Positions 60,538 through 64,000 of a stretch of DNA of 64,000 nt are shown piece by piece. Source of the stretch: Candidatus Krumholzibacteriia bacterium (lineage in GTDB: Bacteria; Krumholzibacteriota; Krumholzibacteriia; JAJRXK01); assembly GCA_041484665.1 (NCBI GenBank), contig JBGPIA010000001.1, positions 800,001 to 864,000 of the forward strand, read 5' to 3'. The notes beneath the pieces were generated by a model, which saw only the letters and a program-made list of their open reading frames with translations, was not told the origin of the DNA and searched no databases. Position 1 is the stretch's first letter, and every line of letters begins with the position of its first letter. A program made the translations under genes and the position numbers.

Positions 60538-63500
60538 ATGCCACTGGCCACCTTCCACCCCGCCGTCGCCGCCTGGTTCGCCCAGCGCTTTGCGGCGCCC
60601 ACGCCCGCGCAGGCGGCGGCGTGGCCGTCGATCCGCGCCGGCTGCCACACCCTGATCGCCGCGCCCACGGGATCGGGCAAGACGCTGGCTGCGTTCCTGG
60701 CCGCCATCGACGCGCTGGTGGAAGCGGCCCAGCGGGGGGAGCTGGCTGACACCACGCAGGTCGTCTACGTTTCACCGCTGAAGGCGCTTGCCAGCGACAT
60801 CCAGCGCAACCTGCAGGAGCCCCTGGAGGGCATCCGCGAGCAGCTCACGCGCATGGGGCTGCCCGACGCGCCGATCCGCACTCTGGTGCGCAGCGGCGAC
60901 ACGCCGGCCTGGCAGCGGCAGACCATGGCGCGGCGCCCGCCGCACATTCTGGTCACCACGCCCGAGTCACTCTACATCCTGCTCACCAGCGCCTCGGGCC
61001 GCCGCATGCTCGCCACCGCGCGCACGGTGATCGTTGATGAGATCCACGCCGTGCTCGCGGACAAACGCGGCTCACACCTGGCGCTCAGTCTGGAGCGACT
61101 GGAGGAGCTCGCGCAACGGCCGCTCGTGCGCATCGGGCTCTCGGCCACGCAGCGACCGATCGCGGAGGTCGCACGCTTCCTGGTCGGCTGCGGCTCGCTG
61201 ACAAAGGATGGCGCGCCGGGTTGCGCCATCGTCGACGCCGGCCACCGCCGCGACCTCGACTTGCAGATCGAGCTGCCGCGCTCGCCGTTGTCGGCCGTGA
61301 TGGAGGGCGAAGTCTGGGAGGAAACCTACGATCGCCTTGCCCAGCTCGTGGGCGAGCACCGCACGACGTTGATCTTCGTGAACACGCGCCGGATGGCCGA
61401 GCGCGTCAGCCGCCACCTCGGCGAGCGGCTGGGCGAGGACGTTGTCGCCGCGCACCACGGCAGCCTCTCCCGGCAGCGGCGGCAGGCTGTGGAGCAGCGC
61501 CTGAAGGCCGGCGAGCTGCGCGCGCTCGTGGCGACCGCCTCCCTGGAGCTGGGCGTCGACATCGGCGCCGTGGATCTGGTCTGCACTGTGGGCTCCACGC
61601 GCGCGATCGCCACGCTGCTGCAGCGCGTGGGACGCTCGGGCCACTTCCTGGCCGGGCTGCCCAAGGGACGGCTCTTCCCCCTCAGCCGCGACGAGCTGGT
61701 GGAGAGCGCCGCCCTGATGGCTGCCGTGCGCGCCGGCGAGCTCGAGGAGTTGCGGATCCCTCCGCAGCCGCTGGATATCCTGGCCCAACAGATGGTGGCC
61801 GCCGTGGCCTGCCGCGACTATGGGGAGGAAGAGCTCTTCGCGCTCGTGCGCCGCGCGTACCCGTACCGCGATCTCACGCGGGTGGAGTTCGACGCCATCG
61901 TGCAGATGCTGGCCGAGGGCTTCCACACGCGCCGTGGCCGGCGCGGGGCGCTCCTGCACCACGACGTCGTGCACGGGAGGCTGCGCGCGCGGCGGGGCGC
62001 GAGGCTGCTGGCGATGACCTCGGGCGGCGCGATCCCGGACACTGCCGATTACAGCGTGGTGCTGCAGACCAGCGGCACGGTCGTGGGCACGCTCAACGAG
62101 GACTTCGCGATCGAGAGCGCGCCGGGCGATGTGTTCCAGCTCGGCGACAGCAGCTGGCGTATCCTGCGCGTGCAGCAGGGGCGGGTGCTGGTCGACGACG
62201 CGCGCGGCGCGCCGCCGTCGATCCCCTTCTGGCTCGGCGAGGCTCCCGGACGCAGCGCCCAATTGTCCGCTGCCGTGTCACGCCTGCGCGCCGACGTCCA
62301 GCGTTGGCTCGAAGAGGCCGCTGACGATCCGGCGGCCGCCATCGCGTGCACGGCCGAGGCGCTGGCCGACGCCACGGGGATCGGCCGCGCTGCGGCCGAG
62401 CAGGTCGCGGGATACCTTGCGGCCGGGCGTGCGGCGCTCGGCGCGCTCCCGACGCAGCAGCACTTGATCCTGGAGCGCTTCTTCGACGAAGCGGGGGATA
62501 TGCACCTGGTGCTGCATGCCCCGTTCGGCAGCCGACTCAACCGCGCGTGGGGCCTGGCGTTGCGCAAGCGCTTCTGCCGCGCGTTCAACTTCGAGCTGCA
62601 GGCCGCCGCTACCGAAGACTCCATCGTACTGTCTCTGGGACCCACGCACAGCTTTCCGGTAGCCGACGTATTTCGCTACCTGCACTCCAGCAGCGCGCGC
62701 GAAGTGCTGACGCAGGCCTTGCTGGAGGCGCCGATGTTCCCCACGCGCTGGCGTTGGAACGCCACGCGATCCCTGGCGCTACCACGCTGGCGCAGCGGCC
62801 GCAGGGTCGCTGCCCCGCTGCAGCGCATGCAGGCGGAGGACCTGCTCGCTGTCGTGTTCCCCGATCAGCTGGCCTGTGCCGAGAACGTCCCCGGCGATCG
62901 CGACATCCCCGACCATCCGCTGGTGCAGCAGACGGTGCGCGACTGCCTCACCGAGGCCATGGACGTCAGCGCGCTGGAGGGGCTGCTGCGCCAGATCGAA
63001 GCCGGCGAAGTCCGCTGCTCGGCGGTCGAGCTGACGGAGCCATCGCCGCTCGCCCACGAGGTGCTCGGCGCACGGCCCTACGCCTTCCTCGACGACGCGC
63101 CCCTGGAGGAGCGCCGCACGCGCGCTGTGGCGACGCGCCGCTGGATCGACACCGCCGGTGCCGCGGACCTGGGCCGGCTGGACGCGGCCGCCATCGCCAG
63201 CGTGCGGGCCGAGGCCTGGCCGGCGCCCCGTGATGCCGACGAGCTGCACGACGCGCTGGTCGTGGCGGGGTTCGTGACCGCGCAGGAAGGGCGTGACAGC
63301 GGATGGCAGCCGCTCTTCAACATCCTGCGTGGCGACGGGAGCGCGACGCTGCTGCGGGCGCCCGCCCCTGGACACGAGGTGTGGCTGGCCGCGGAGCGCT
63401 TGGACCAGGCACGCGCCGCCTGGCCGCAGGCCGCGCTCGATCCGCCGCTCGCGCCTCTGCCGCGGCGCTCGCCGACGACGTGGAACGCACAGACTGCGTT

Positions 63501-64000
63501 GGTGGAGCTGCTCCGCGGACGGCTGGAGGTACTGGGCCCGGTCACGGCGCGCGCGCTGGCCGTATCCGTTGCGCGCGACGAGGCATCGGTCCTCGCGGCC
63601 CTCGCCGCGCTGGAAACGGAGGGGTTCGTACTGCAGGGCCGCTTCACTCAAGGCGCGCAGCAGCCGGAGTGGTGTGAGCGGCGTCTGCTCGCACGCATCC
63701 ACCGCGCCACCGTCGCCCGGTTGCGCCGCGAAATCGAGCCTGTAGCACCGGCCGACTTCATGCGCTTCCTGTTCGCGTGGCAGCGTGTCGCCGCGACGGA
63801 CAGCGCGGAGGGCATGGAGGGCCTAGCCGCGGTGCTCGAGCAGCTCGAGGGCTTCGCCTGCCCCGCCGCCGCCTGGGAGGAGGAGATCCTCCCCGCTCGC
63901 GTGCGCGGCTACGAGCCGGCATGGCTGGACGGGCTGTGCCTCTCGGGACGGTTCCTGTGGGCGCGGGGCGCCGGGACCACGGCGCCGCGGGAGAGCTCGC
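60538..64000 (+). CDS. lhr: Lhr-family DEAD/DEAH box helicase, partial (runs off the window)
   Basis: Motifs [55 protein letters not shown] and QRVGRSGH. No stop seen up to 64000. Confidence 0.93.
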   Translation, partial: MPLATFHPAVAAWFAQRFAAPTPAQAAAWPSIRAGCHTLIAAPTGSGKTLAAFLAAIDALVEAAQRGELADTTQVVYVSPLKALASDIQRNLQEPLEGIREQLTRMGLPDAPIRTLVRSGDTPAWQRQTMARRPPHILVTTPESLYILLTSASGRRMLATARTVIVDEIHAVLADKRGSHLALSLERLEELAQRPLVRIGLSATQRPIAEVARFLVGCGSLTKDGAPGCAIVDAGHRRDLDLQIELPRSPLSAVMEGEVWEETYDRLAQLVGEHRTTLIFVNTRRMAERVSRHLGERLGEDVVAAHHGSLSRQRRQAVEQRLKAGELRALVATASLELGVDIGAVDLVCTVGSTRAIATLLQRVGRSGHFLAGLPKGRLFPLSRDELVESAALMAAVRAGELEELRIPPQPLDILAQQMVAAVACRDYGEEELFALVRRAYPYRDLTRVEFDAIVQMLAEGFHTRRGRRGALLHHDVVHGRLRARRGARLLAMTSGGAIPDTADYSVVLQTSGTVVGTLNEDFAIESAPGDVFQLGDSSWRILRVQQGRVLVDDARGAPPSIPFWLGEAPGRSAQLSAAVSRLRADVQRWLEEAADDPAAAIACTAEALADATGIGRAAAEQVAGYLAAGRAALGALPTQQHLILERFFDEAGDMHLVLHAPFGSRLNRAWGLALRKRFCRAFNFELQAAATEDSIVLSLGPTHSFPVADVFRYLHSSSAREVLTQALLEAPMFPTRWRWNATRSLALPRWRSGRRVAAPLQRMQAEDLLAVVFPDQLACAENVPGDRDIPDHPLVQQTVRDCLTEAMDVSALEGLLRQIEAGEVRCSAVELTEPSPLAHEVLGARPYAFLDDAPLEERRTRAVATRRWIDTAGAADLGRLDAAAIASVRAEAWPAPRDADELHDALVVAGFVTAQEGRDSGWQPLFNILRGDGSATLLRAPAPGHEVWLAAERLDQARAAWPQAALDPPLAPLPRRSPTTWNAQTALVELLRGRLEVLGPVTARALAVSVARDEASVLAALAALETEGFVLQGRFTQGAQQPEWCERRLLARIHRATVARLRREIEPVAPADFMRFLFAWQRVAATDSAEGMEGLAAVLEQLEGFACPAAAWEEEILPARVRGYEPAWLDGLCLSGRFLWARGAGTTAPRESS

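Overview
This is a GC-rich bacterial chromosomal window. The FlgD-Ig-tailed secreted protein, GWxTD protein and DUF4252/ECF module suggest an FCB-group candidate phylum, which is inference only. From left to right it holds: an anaerobic-metabolism operon (cNMP-domain gene end, hypA, a hypB remnant, PLP aminotransferase, TPR protein, PFOR/nifJ, DHOD-like flavoprotein); a Tat amidase, acetyl-CoA hydrolase-GNAT fusion, CBS protein and sigma70 factor; a ~6.5 kb accessory block (13729-20379); and envelope and housekeeping genes. The latter include two paralogous OM barrels plus a lipoprotein, SppA, a Gly-rich repeat protein, an ABC-2 exporter, PDZ and GNAT proteins, ECF/anti-sigma/DUF4252/GWxTD, NTT-HEAT, M1 and M16 peptidases, a Na+/H+ antiporter, SPFH plus an Arc-like repressor, ppk1 plus a split PPK2 pair, hflKC and a partial Lhr helicase. 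The accessory block is bounded by two diverged direct copies of a conserved ~255-nt leader (with a perfect TTGACA-N3-TGTCAA palindrome) plus a small Cys/His gene. It encloses one intact beta-propeller/Ig/FlgD protein and fragments of S74, FlgD, Ser/Thr kinase and IS91-like genes. Several remnants missed or only partly captured by the ORF track were recovered by hand translation: hypB C-terminus, CRTAC1/ASPIC, orphan FlgD-Ig domains and DUF4160. No rRNA, tRNA or CRISPR array was seen. All family calls come from motif recognition by eye, not database searches.
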